Source: an uncultured Paenibacillaceae bacterium
Lineage (GTDB): Bacteria; Bacillota; Bacilli; Aneurinibacillales; Aneurinibacillaceae
Direction of reading: 5' to 3'
Assembly: GCA_937874515.1 (NCBI GenBank)
Contig: CALNBV010000235.1
Coordinates: forward strand, 1,210 to 65,209
Length of the DNA: 64,000 bases
A model generated the notes under the pieces. It had not been told where the DNA came from. It did not search any database and saw nothing but the letters and a program-made list of their open reading frames with translations. The translations under genes and the position numbers were made by a program. The first letter of the stretch is position 1. Each line of letters begins with the position of its first letter. This document shows positions 28,684 to 36,823 of the stretch, piece by piece.

Positions 28684-28944
28684 ATGGAATATTCTGATGC
28701 GGTAAAAAACCGTTTAAAACGTATTGAAGGCCAGGTCCGTGGCGTATTGCGAATGATGGAAGAAGAAAAAGAATGTAAGGACGTTATTACCCAATTATCA
28801 GCTGTTCGTTCTGCAGTTGACCGTGCCATTCTTTTTGTGGTTGGGTCAAATATGGAAATATGCCTTCGCCAGCAGATTGAAAATGGCGCAGATACTGACG
28901 AAGTGCTTAATGAGGCAATTCAACTTTTATTAAAAAGCAGATAA
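28684..28944 (+). CDS. CsoR/RcnR (DUF156) family metal/persulfide-sensing repressor
   Basis: 86 aa. RLKRIEGQVRGVLRMMEEEKECKDVITQLSAVRSA is typical of the family. The only cysteines are at positions 31 and 60. Confidence 0.85.
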   Translation: MEYSDAVKNRLKRIEGQVRGVLRMMEEEKECKDVITQLSAVRSAVDRAILFVVGSNMEICLRQQIENGADTDEVLNEAIQLLLKSR

Positions 28945-29003
28945 GGTAAACGTATAAAAAATGAAGGAAAAATAATACTGTATCCCGAAATTAAATTGGA
29001 TAA

Positions 29004-29029
29004 GGCTTGGTGTCAACCAGGTTTTCTTT
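29004..29029 (+). terminator. terminator-like hairpin between the csoR-like gene and fabI
   Basis: cttggt-gtca-accagg followed by ttttcttt. It ends 20 nt before the fabI ATG. Confidence 0.5.
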
Positions 29030-29049
29030 AAAACTAGGAGGTCGTAGGA

Positions 29050-29820
29050 ATGGATTTATTACAGGGTAAAAATATTCTCATCATGGGAGTAGCTAACAAA
29101 AGAAGTATTGCCTGGGGCATTGCAGAATCATTGAGTAAAGCAGGAGCAAACTTGATTTTTACATATCAGGGCGACCGCTTAAAGAAAAACGTAGAAGAAC
29201 TTGCTTCTACATTAAACCAGGACAGAAATATTTTAATTCCCTGTGACGTAACAAGTGACGAAGATATTGAACGGGCTTTTTCTGAAATAAAAGAACAGGT
29301 TGGCGTTTTGCATGGACTTGCACATTGTATTGCTTTTGCTAAAGGAGAAGAACTTGAAGGTGAATTTGTTACGACTTCACGTGATGGTTATGCATTAGCC
29401 CAGGACATTAGTGCATACTCTTTAGTAGCTGTGGCCAATAAAGCCCGGGAAATCATGACCGAAGGCGGAAGTATTGTAACCATGACCTATCTTGGTGGCG
29501 AACGTGTTATTCAAAACTATAATGTAATGGGAGTAGCGAAAGCAGCATTAGAAATGAGCGTACGTTATTTAGCTAATGATCTTGGCAAATCCAATATTCG
29601 GGTTAATGCCATTTCCGCAGGTCCGATCCGTACCCTTGCAGCCAAAGGGATTAAGGATTTTAATAGCATTAAAAATACCATTACGGAAAAAGCGCCTCTT
29701 GGTCGCATGATTGATCAAAGTGAGGTTGGGGATACGGCACTCTTCCTCTTTAGCCAACTGTCCCGGGGGATTACTGGTGAAGTAATCCATGTGGATGCTG
29801 GATTTAATATAATGGCTTAG
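29050..29820 (+). CDS. fabI: enoyl-[acyl-carrier-protein] reductase (NADH) FabI
   Basis: 256-aa SDR with GVANKRSIAW and the Y-x6-K motif (YNVMGVAKAALE). Confidence 0.95.
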   Translation: MDLLQGKNILIMGVANKRSIAWGIAESLSKAGANLIFTYQGDRLKKNVEELASTLNQDRNILIPCDVTSDEDIERAFSEIKEQVGVLHGLAHCIAFAKGEELEGEFVTTSRDGYALAQDISAYSLVAVANKAREIMTEGGSIVTMTYLGGERVIQNYNVMGVAKAALEMSVRYLANDLGKSNIRVNAISAGPIRTLAAKGIKDFNSIKNTITEKAPLGRMIDQSEVGDTALFLFSQLSRGITGEVIHVDAGFNIMA

Positions 29821-29828
29821 TGGTTTAT

Positions 29829-29866
29829 AAGGTGGTTATGGATTCCCCATGCCACCTTTTCTTTTC
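29829..29866 (+). terminator. terminator after fabI
   Basis: aaggtgg pairs with ccacctt with an inner helix, followed by a T-rich tail. Confidence 0.65.
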
Positions 29867-29887
29867 TTAATTTTAAATATGTAGGGG

Positions 29888-30727
29888 ATGATGATGATTA
29901 CTCGAGTGGATATGCATTCCCATACAACTGCTTCAGATGGCACTTTTCATGTGAAAGAAATCGTTGCTCGTGCCATTGAAAAAGGATTGACTGGATTGGC
30001 CATAACAGACCACGATACTGTAGCCTCCTTGTCTGAAGCGGTAAAAGAAGGGGAAAAGGCAGGAATAGAAGTAGTCCCTGGGATTGAAATCAGCTCCGTT
30101 TATAACGGAATGGATGTTCATATCCTAGGATATTATGTGGATTATGAAGATGATGATTTCCTTAATACGTTAGAAGGATTAAGGGATGTCCGTAAAGTTC
30201 GAAATCAAATGATGATTGATAAGTTACGGCAATTAGGAATAGATATTACTATGGAAGAAGTTGAAAAAGAGAAAAAAGGAAAAGGGAACACAGGACGCCC
30301 TCATATCGCTTCTGTGTTGATTCAAAAGGGTGCCGTTAGCACCATGAAGGAAGCCTTTGATAAGTATCTAGGACGAGGTGCTCTGGCCTACTGTAATCCT
30401 CCCCGTATTTCCCCTTTTGAAGCCATAGATATTATTAAGAAGGCTCATGGCGTTCCAGTCGTTGCCCATCCTGGTTTGTATCATGATGAAGAATTGGTTC
30501 TTTCTTTAATTTCTTATGGTGTAATGGGAATTGAAGTGTTTCACCCAGATCATGGGGAAGAAGAAGAAAGAATATATGGACAAATGGCTGATCATTTTCA
30601 ATTAATTAAAACAGCAGGTTCAGATTTCCATGGGATACGAAGTGGGGTTGTGTTTCATGGGGATCTTGGAGACAAAGGCATTGATATGGAAACCCTTATA
30701 AAAATAAAAAAAGGCAAAATTTCTTAG
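29888..30727 (+). CDS. PHP-domain phosphoesterase (TrpH/YciV-like)
   Basis: DMHSHTTASDGT, AITDHD and AHPG motifs, 279 aa. Confidence 0.85.
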   Translation: MMMITRVDMHSHTTASDGTFHVKEIVARAIEKGLTGLAITDHDTVASLSEAVKEGEKAGIEVVPGIEISSVYNGMDVHILGYYVDYEDDDFLNTLEGLRDVRKVRNQMMIDKLRQLGIDITMEEVEKEKKGKGNTGRPHIASVLIQKGAVSTMKEAFDKYLGRGALAYCNPPRISPFEAIDIIKKAHGVPVVAHPGLYHDEELVLSLISYGVMGIEVFHPDHGEEEERIYGQMADHFQLIKTAGSDFHGIRSGVVFHGDLGDKGIDMETLIKIKKGKIS

Positions 30728-30812
30728 TAAGGTTGGTATCCCTCCAGAAAAAAGTTGATATGATGTATTACAATGATTTGTCTTTTGGATTGAATGGGAA
30801 GGGGTTATTGAT

Positions 30813-31367
30813 ATGAAGAGACAGGTCCATAGCAAAGAAGTAAGAGCAGCAGCACTTTTACGACTATCTGAACGTGGTGTTGCTTTAAGCGATATTGCAG
30901 AAATTGTATATATCATGCAGGCACCCTATAATGTTGGATTAAAAATGAGTTCCTGTCTGGAAAGTGTTGAAGCAGTATTAGAAAAGAGAGAAATTCAACA
31001 CGCCATTCTGGTTGGAACTGAATTAGATATTCTTGCTGAAAAAAAGATGCTTTCAGAACCATTGCAATCGATTATAGAAACTGATGAAGGCCTTTTTGGA
31101 TGTGATGAAACATTAGCCTTAGGTTCTGTATTTGGATATGGAAGCATTGCTGTTACTACCTTTGGTCATTTGGATAAACAAAAAATTGGTATTATTAAAC
31201 GATTGGATACAAAGCGAGGAAGTGGGATCCATACCTTTTTAGATGACCTTGTAGCCAGTATAGCCTCTTCTGCTTCAAGCCGTATGGCCCATCGATTGAG
31301 GGATGAAGAGGAAGCAGAAAAAGAACGCCAGTTAAAACAAAAGCAACAGGATGAGCAAGTTGGATAA
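30813..31367 (+). CDS. phosphatidylglycerophosphatase A family protein (YutG-like)
   Basis: GVALSDIAEIVY...LSEPLQSIIETDEGLFG...YGSIAVTTFGHLDKQK closely follows B. subtilis YutG as I recall it. Confidence 0.75.
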   Translation: MKRQVHSKEVRAAALLRLSERGVALSDIAEIVYIMQAPYNVGLKMSSCLESVEAVLEKREIQHAILVGTELDILAEKKMLSEPLQSIIETDEGLFGCDETLALGSVFGYGSIAVTTFGHLDKQKIGIIKRLDTKRGSGIHTFLDDLVASIASSASSRMAHRLRDEEEAEKERQLKQKQQDEQVG

Positions 31368-31418
31368 GTGGAGGGCCATTTAATAGCCTTCCCTTTTATT
31401 CATTTGCTTATTTAAGAA

Positions 31419-31447
31419 TTGCATTTGTCCTCCTTTTGTATTATATT
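31419..31447 (+). promoter_or_regulatory. sigma-A promoter of the solitary tRNA gene
   Basis: TTGCAT-17 nt-TATATT, ending 11 nt before the tRNA 5' end. Confidence 0.6.
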
Positions 31448-31458
31448 GGTTATTATGA

Positions 31459-31534
<76 letters not shown>

Positions 31535-31547
31535 TATTAAATGAATT

Positions 31548-31572
31548 AAAAAGCCCATCTTGGGCTTTTTTT
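31548..31572 (+). terminator. terminator after the tRNA
   Basis: aagccca-tct-tgggctt followed by T7. Confidence 0.85.
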
Positions 31573-31685
31573 AATTAGAATTTATAGGTTGCCTAATTTT
31601 AAGTTTCGTTTAAAAACTTTATAAAAAATGATATAATGATTTTACCTATAGATAATTTAAATGAAGAAAGGAAAGAGCGCATCGT

Positions 31686-32060
31686 ATGAAAGCGAAGCCT
31701 AAAGGGGCATCATCCAGTGACATGGACGTTCCGGATTTATGTATTTCCTGGAGAGATATGCAATCACTTGTTGCGAAATGGCTTGTGAGAGAAAAAGAAA
31801 AGGAGGCCATTGAACAACGTTTCGGAATTCCAGTGTCTGAACTGCCATTCGTTCTTCGTTTATATGATGTAACTGACCGAATGATTAAGAATGATGGCCT
31901 TGACCAATATGTAGATTTCACCATTAACTTTCAAGCTCCAGAATGGATGCTATTTGGAATCGAAACTACACGAAAGTATTGTGTAGAACTTGGAGTTCGA
32001 ATGGTAGATGGTAGGTATTACTCGTTAAAAAGGTCAAATGTTATTCATCCTTGTGCATAA
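31686..32060 (+). CDS. hypothetical protein (possibly DUF4912-like)
   Basis: 124-aa ORF with its own RBS and terminator. The segment LRLYDVTDR...DG is reminiscent of DUF4912, but my certainty is low. Confidence 0.55.
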   Translation: MKAKPKGASSSDMDVPDLCISWRDMQSLVAKWLVREKEKEAIEQRFGIPVSELPFVLRLYDVTDRMIKNDGLDQYVDFTINFQAPEWMLFGIETTRKYCVELGVRMVDGRYYSLKRSNVIHPCA

Positions 32061-32075
32061 TAAAGGATTCAAGAC

Positions 32076-32106
32076 AAAAGGAATCAGGTTGTCCTGATTC
32101 CTTTTC
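32076..32106. terminator. bidirectional terminator
   Basis: ggaatcagg-ttgt-cctgattcc flanked by A4 and T4, between convergent genes. Confidence 0.85.
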
Positions 32107-32128
32107 TTAATTACATGGCAATCTTTCT

Positions 32129-32551
32129 TTATTTACGGGGATTAAAATACATTTTGCGTCCGTTAAACATTGTTAATTCAGCTTTGTAGCAATTTGCCAA
32201 ATATCTGCAGAATTCATTTGCTTTTCCTTTGTCTCCAGAAGTTGAGATATCAGTTAAGGTAATTTGAATATAATGTTCTTCATGGTCTTCTGCAGCGCGG
32301 GAATCGATCCCAATTAGAATATACTGATAAAGTTTAGGATCGGTGCCTTTTAAGTAAAACCATGAGCCTTGTGCTTCTGGTTTTTCATGAATAGTGTATG
32401 GAAAAGCTACTTCATCATATGACCAGTCAAGTTGATCTGCTGTTTTCTTGGTTCGAGTAATGTATTGGTTTAACATTTCTTTAACTTCATTTAAAGTAAC
32501 CTGTTGGACTGCAGAACCTTCAACAAATTTAATATATGCGCTTTTTCCCAA
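32129..32551 (-). CDS. conserved Bacillales hypothetical protein (DUF1885-like)
   Basis: 140-aa ORF with ordinary codon usage. MGKSAYIKFV...AFPY...ILIGI matches my recollection of DUF1885 proteins. Confidence 0.6.
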   Translation of the reverse strand: MGKSAYIKFVEGSAVQQVTLNEVKEMLNQYITRTKKTADQLDWSYDEVAFPYTIHEKPEAQGSWFYLKGTDPKLYQYILIGIDSRAAEDHEEHYIQITLTDISTSGDKGKANEFCRYLANCYKAELTMFNGRKMYFNPRK

Positions 32552-32730
32552 TGGATTTCACTCCTACTACATTTTCTGTCCAATTCTATGTACAAGTTTA
32601 GCATTGCAAAACTTCTTTTACAACCCAAAACAACCCAAAAAGATAGTTGACTAAATTTTATAAAAACAGCAAAATAAAATAAAAAATAGTTTATTAAACA
32701 AATAATTAATAAAAGGGGGACAAGGATTAA

Positions 32731-33249
32731 ATGGATAAGGCTGACCGTAGCTTTGAAATATTGGAAGTATTGAATGTTCTTCGGGCAATTGCAGTTGTAA
32801 ATAAAGATGATTGGGAAACAGCCGCAAAGAAGTTATCATTGGACTCTGCAGTCCAATTAAATATTCTATGGATTGTTTTTTGTTTTGAAGGTGTAAGGGT
32901 TACCCAAATTGCAGAATGGGCATTCTGGCACCCGTCTTCAATTGTGATTCATGTGAGGAAATTAATGGAGAAAGAATTAGTCACTATCGAAAAAAGCGAT
33001 AAAGATGGTCGTGTGGTTAACGTGTATTTAACGGACAAAGGGAGAGAGGTTGTATATTTGAGCCGAAAAGAGGCTTCTGAAGTATTTCGCATTGCCTCTG
33101 CCATTCATAATTTAGTGGAAAAGTACGGTAGAAACGTTGTTGCTCTATTTATGGAATGTCTCCGTTTTCTTGCAAGTGAAATTCATGGGAAAGAAAGAAT
33201 TGAGTGGTTGAATGAAAGTGAAGAGAAAATTCGTAGTCTGACAAGATAA
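32731..33249 (+). CDS. MarR-family transcriptional regulator
   Basis: 172-aa winged-helix pattern (VRVTQIAEWAF..PSSIVIHVRKLMEKELV...DGRVVNVYLTDKG). Confidence 0.75.
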   Translation: MDKADRSFEILEVLNVLRAIAVVNKDDWETAAKKLSLDSAVQLNILWIVFCFEGVRVTQIAEWAFWHPSSIVIHVRKLMEKELVTIEKSDKDGRVVNVYLTDKGREVVYLSRKEASEVFRIASAIHNLVEKYGRNVVALFMECLRFLASEIHGKERIEWLNESEEKIRSLTR

Positions 33250-33255
33250 TGAAAC

Positions 33256-33288
33256 AAAAACCCCACCGTTTATAGGGTGGGGTTTTTG
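33256..33288. terminator. bidirectional terminator
   Basis: ccccacc pairs with ggtgggg, flanked by A5 and T5. Confidence 0.85.
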
Positions 33289-33289
33289 T

Positions 33290-34270
33290 TTATTTTCTGC
33301 CAGGGAAAATATTGATTTGTTTTTCCATGGTTTTACCATCGGAATTTTTAATTTCCAAAACCATAATATAGTTATTATTTAAGCTGCTTTTATGAGCTTT
33401 AAAAAGAATTTTGTTTTTGTAAGTTGAATTTGCATCAATGGTAATGGTTTCAGGAATCGTTACTTCCCAATTATCTGGAACGTTTTTCAAAGTAACAGTG
33501 TACGTTTCCTGATCAGGAGTAAGATTTTCCATTGTTAAATCATACTCATAAAGATAGAAATCTTGAATGATAATACCAGCAGCATCTTTATTTTTAGCTA
33601 CACTGACAGAGTAACCAGTGCTTGTATAGATTAAATATAAAGCAGCGGCACCCATACCTACTAATGCAAGGGTAAGCACAAGACCTACACCTTTAAACAT
33701 ATTGTGGAATCCGCCTTTTTGGGAGTTCTTATCGGAAAGAATCATTTGTAACATTCCGTAAGGACAAGTGCTGCGGCAGAATTTATGGCGTAAACGGTTA
33801 ATCATAAGGAAGAAGAAACCAATGATTAGAATATAAGCCCAGAATGCCCAACCGCCTGTATTGAAAGTCACAATATCATTTAATAGTTCTTGCGGATTAT
33901 AGAAATAGGCGACGAAGGCAAAAGCGATAATTGGTGAGAAAATAACAGAAAGGCCAATATCAATGGTTTCCCGAAGTCCTTTGTTATTTTTCAACGTTTT
34001 GGAATTTGTAATTTTTGTTAAGTACCCTGAGAATGTATTATGAGGACACATCCATCCACAGAATTGCCGGCCAAACCATTTGGATATACCAAGAAAGAAG
34101 ATAACCAGCGTAAGAATAACGAGTAAAAGAATGAGACCTTCACTAAATGCAAAACTTCTCCGGAGAACATAAAAATGCAGGTGTGTCAAGTCGATCCGGA
34201 AAAGATCAAGCATTGGCACAAGGAAGAATAATAATAGAACAGACACCTGCGATAGTGTTCTCTTTTTCAT
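33290..34270 (-). CDS. FixG/CcoG/NapH-like membrane protein with two C-x3-C-P motifs and an Ig-like C-terminal domain
   Basis: CGWMCPHN and CRSTCPYG motifs flanked by TM helices. The C-terminal beta-rich domain follows a further TM helix. I chose ATG 34270 (after AGGGGTG) over the upstream GTG 34315. Confidence 0.6.
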   Translation of the reverse strand: MKKRTLSQVSVLLLFFLVPMLDLFRIDLTHLHFYVLRRSFAFSEGLILLLVILTLVIFFLGISKWFGRQFCGWMCPHNTFSGYLTKITNSKTLKNNKGLRETIDIGLSVIFSPIIAFAFVAYFYNPQELLNDIVTFNTGGWAFWAYILIIGFFFLMINRLRHKFCRSTCPYGMLQMILSDKNSQKGGFHNMFKGVGLVLTLALVGMGAAALYLIYTSTGYSVSVAKNKDAAGIIIQDFYLYEYDLTMENLTPDQETYTVTLKNVPDNWEVTIPETITIDANSTYKNKILFKAHKSSLNNNYIMVLEIKNSDGKTMEKQINIFPGRK

Positions 34271-34542
34271 TTTAACAACACCCCTGTTTCCCCAAAAAAT
34301 TTCTCTTGATGACACTATGATACAATGTAATTCTCACACAACCCTTATGGGAAGTGAAGTGAACAATTTGTTACCTTTAAAGATGTAAAAAGCCATTAAA
34401 TCAAGAGTTTCACCCTTTTTTACTCTGCAAAAAGGGGGGATTCCCCTATGTACGCCTATTTATAAAAAAATTTAGATTACAAAGTATAAAACATGTGTTA
34501 TAATCCAAATAGTTAGAAAATTTAGAAAAGGAGGTTTTCTTG

Positions 34543-34836
34543 ATGTTTGAACACATGTATGACGATATGGAGAACACGAAAGTGCGTTTTGTCGGGTTTA
34601 CATCCGAAAACGACCGCTATGACTTTGGAATCGTATTTACCAGTAAATTTTATGGAAAACCTCTTGTAGTTTGCATGCAAACAGGACGTTCAGCCCTATT
34701 TAGTGCTGAAGATGCAAAAGTTATTGACAACATTAAGAATAAGTTTATGATCCAGGACGAGGAAGAAGCAACACAGTTATCAATCTTTTTCCAAACTGCA
34801 CTTCCTAAGGTCTTAACTGGTGAACCACAATACTAA
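34543..34836 (+). CDS. hypothetical protein
   Basis: 97-aa ORF with an AAAGGAGG RBS, an extended -10 TGtTATAAT at 34495-34503 and a strong terminator. Confidence 0.6.
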   Translation: MFEHMYDDMENTKVRFVGFTSENDRYDFGIVFTSKFYGKPLVVCMQTGRSALFSAEDAKVIDNIKNKFMIQDEEEATQLSIFFQTALPKVLTGEPQY

Positions 34837-34886
34837 TAGATGGTACCATGTAAATCGACAAAAAGATACACAAAAAAAATGAAAAA

Positions 34887-34920
34887 GGCCTCCTAATTTT
34901 ACTAATTAGGAGGCCTTTTT
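34887..34920 (+). terminator. rho-independent terminator
   Basis: ggcctcctaatt-ttact-aattaggaggcc followed by T5. Confidence 0.9.
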
Positions 34921-34938
34921 CTATGATACAAATGTTTA

Positions 34939-34967
34939 TTGACTAAAATAGAGTGACAGAATATATT
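34939..34967 (+). promoter_or_regulatory. sigma-A promoter of the SR1-like RNA
   Basis: TTGACT-17 nt-TATATT. Confidence 0.65.
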
Positions 34968-35008
34968 AATAGTATAACATAATTCCCTTTTGGGAGGTTG
35001 AGAGCAGA

Positions 35009-35122
35009 ATGGGAACAATCGTTTGTAAATGTTGTGATGAAGTCATTGAGCATTACGAAAATGAAAAAGTTTCTGTCCTTTATGGTGTATGTCCTGATTG
35101 CAAAAAGCCTGAAGATAAATAA
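35009..35122 (+). CDS. SR1P small protein (GapA-binding peptide homologue), 37 aa
   Basis: Not in the ORF track. GGGAGG RBS, translation MGTIVCKCCDEVIEHYENEKVSVLYGVCPDCKKPEDK, compared with my recalled B. subtilis SR1P MGTIVCQDCNEAIHYFEDEKVTTLYGTCCGQCQCPVDEE. Confidence 0.75.
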   Translation: MGTIVCKCCDEVIEHYENEKVSVLYGVCPDCKKPEDK

Positions 35123-35144
35123 TTAATTCCTATTTAATACATAG

Positions 35145-35178
35145 AAGCCTATCCTTCGGGATAGGCCTCTTTTTTTTA
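35145..35178 (+). terminator. SR1 terminator abutting the speA stop
   Basis: gcctatcc-ttcg-ggataggc followed by ctcT8. Confidence 0.85.
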
Positions 35179-36645
35179 TTTAATAGCTCTTGATTGTTTG
35201 ATGACTTTAATGGTTTTTAATGATTCATCCTCAGGACCCTGGACAGGCAACCCCGCCTTAATGTTCTCGATAATATAGTTAATATTATCTTTCGAAATGA
35301 CTTCACCTGGGAGCAAGATTGGGATGCCAGGTGGGTAAACCATTACAAACTCAGCCATAATTCGATTGGCTGCTTCCTCTAATAAGATGTATTCTGTTTC
35401 GGAATAAAAGGCTTCCCTTGGAGAAAGGGCCAGTTGGGGGATTTCTGGTAGGTGTACGTCCACCCTTCTTGCAGATTCACTGCCCATGTGAATTCGTGCC
35501 AGTTCCCGCAATGCTTGTACAAGGGTTGATACTGTTAAAATTGTATCTCCTGGAGTGATGATACAAAGAATGTTGTATAAATCACTTAGTTCTACTTCAA
35601 TGTTATATTTCTGTCTTAGCCAAACTTCTGCCTGGTGTCCTGTTAAACCAAGTCCCCGAACTTGAATAATTAATTTAGAGGGATCCATGTTGTAAGTGGC
35701 TTCACTGCCAAGAATTTCTTTACCCACACAATATAGCCCTGAGATAAGATTAATTTCATCTCTGGCAAAGGTGGCTAAATCAATAACCTTATCCATCATC
35801 TCTCTTCCATGGGTCACTAATTGTTTCCGTGCAGTATCAAGGGATGCCAATAACAGATAAGACGTAGATGTAGTCGTTAGCATGCTAATGACGGATTTTA
35901 CACGATTAGCTGATATGCGTCCTTCTCGTACGTTCAGGACGGAACTTTGGGTCATAGATCCCCCTAATTTATGTACACTGGTTGCAGCAATATCAGCACC
36001 TGCTTGCATGGCTGACATGGGCATTTTCTCATGAAAATGAATGTGAACTCCATGGGCTTCGTCAACAAGCACAGGCACATCAAAGGAGTGGGCTACTTCC
36101 ACAATTTCTTTTAAATTGGCAGATACCCCAAAATAGGTGGGGTTAATTACTAATAATCCTTTAGCTGTTGGATTTTGTTCCAACGCTTTGCGAACTGCAT
36201 TTGTTGTAACCCCATGGGCAATCCCTATATTTGTATCCATAACAGGATGGATAAAAACAGGAATGGCACCTGAAAAAATAATGGCCGAAAGAATGGATTT
36301 ATGTACATTCCGAGGAATAATAATTTTTTCTCCTGGCCCTACAACGGACATAATCATAGCCATAATAGCACCGCTGGTTCCTTGCACAGAGAAAAAAGTA
36401 TAATCAGCACCAAAGGCTTCAGCAGCTAATTCCTGGGCTTCTTTAATAATTCCTTTTGGATGATGCAAATCATCCAGAGGTGCAATATTGATTAAATCAA
36501 TGGAAAGAGCATTTTTTCCGATGAAATTATAAAATTCCGGATACATGCCCGCCCCTTTTTTGTGTCCGGGAATATGGAATTGGACAGGGTTCCGCCTGGC
36601 ATGTTCCATAAGCCCTGTAAACAGGGGAGTTTTAGATTGATCCAC
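35176..36645 (-). CDS. speA: Orn/Lys/Arg decarboxylase family (arginine decarboxylase SpeA-like)
   Basis: 489 aa with the PLP-lysine motif SVHKLGGS. The size and N-terminus (TPLFTGL..H....V.FH.PGHK.G) are like B. subtilis SpeA. Confidence 0.88.
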   Translation of the reverse strand: MDQSKTPLFTGLMEHARRNPVQFHIPGHKKGAGMYPEFYNFIGKNALSIDLINIAPLDDLHHPKGIIKEAQELAAEAFGADYTFFSVQGTSGAIMAMIMSVVGPGEKIIIPRNVHKSILSAIIFSGAIPVFIHPVMDTNIGIAHGVTTNAVRKALEQNPTAKGLLVINPTYFGVSANLKEIVEVAHSFDVPVLVDEAHGVHIHFHEKMPMSAMQAGADIAATSVHKLGGSMTQSSVLNVREGRISANRVKSVISMLTTTSTSYLLLASLDTARKQLVTHGREMMDKVIDLATFARDEINLISGLYCVGKEILGSEATYNMDPSKLIIQVRGLGLTGHQAEVWLRQKYNIEVELSDLYNILCIITPGDTILTVSTLVQALRELARIHMGSESARRVDVHLPEIPQLALSPREAFYSETEYILLEEAANRIMAEFVMVYPPGIPILLPGEVISKDNINYIIENIKAGLPVQGPEDESLKTIKVIKQSRAIK

Positions 36646-36823
36646 GGTACATTCCCCATTTCTTAATTACGAATTAGTTTTTAAACAAATAGAGTATATC
36701 AAAATGTTCTTTAAATGCAAGGGATGAAAGAAAAACACGAAATATCTGAAAAGTTGAAAAGGATTTTTTATGAAAAAGTCGAATAGTAATATATTCTAAT
36801 GTTTTCTTGAGGAGGGGAGAACC

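Larger units (their letters stand above)
34974..35178 (+). ncRNA. sr1: SR1-like dual-function small RNA
   Basis: A promoter-to-terminator unit of about 200 nt that contains the SR1P ORF. It lies next to speA, as in B. subtilis. The ends are predicted, not mapped. Confidence 0.7.

Noticed and set aside
32690-32713. TTTATTAA-N8-TTAATAAA palindrome upstream of the MarR gene as a possible operator
   Set aside because: An all-A/T palindrome in a spacer that is more than 80% AT is likely to arise by chance. I do not consider it supportable without comparative data.
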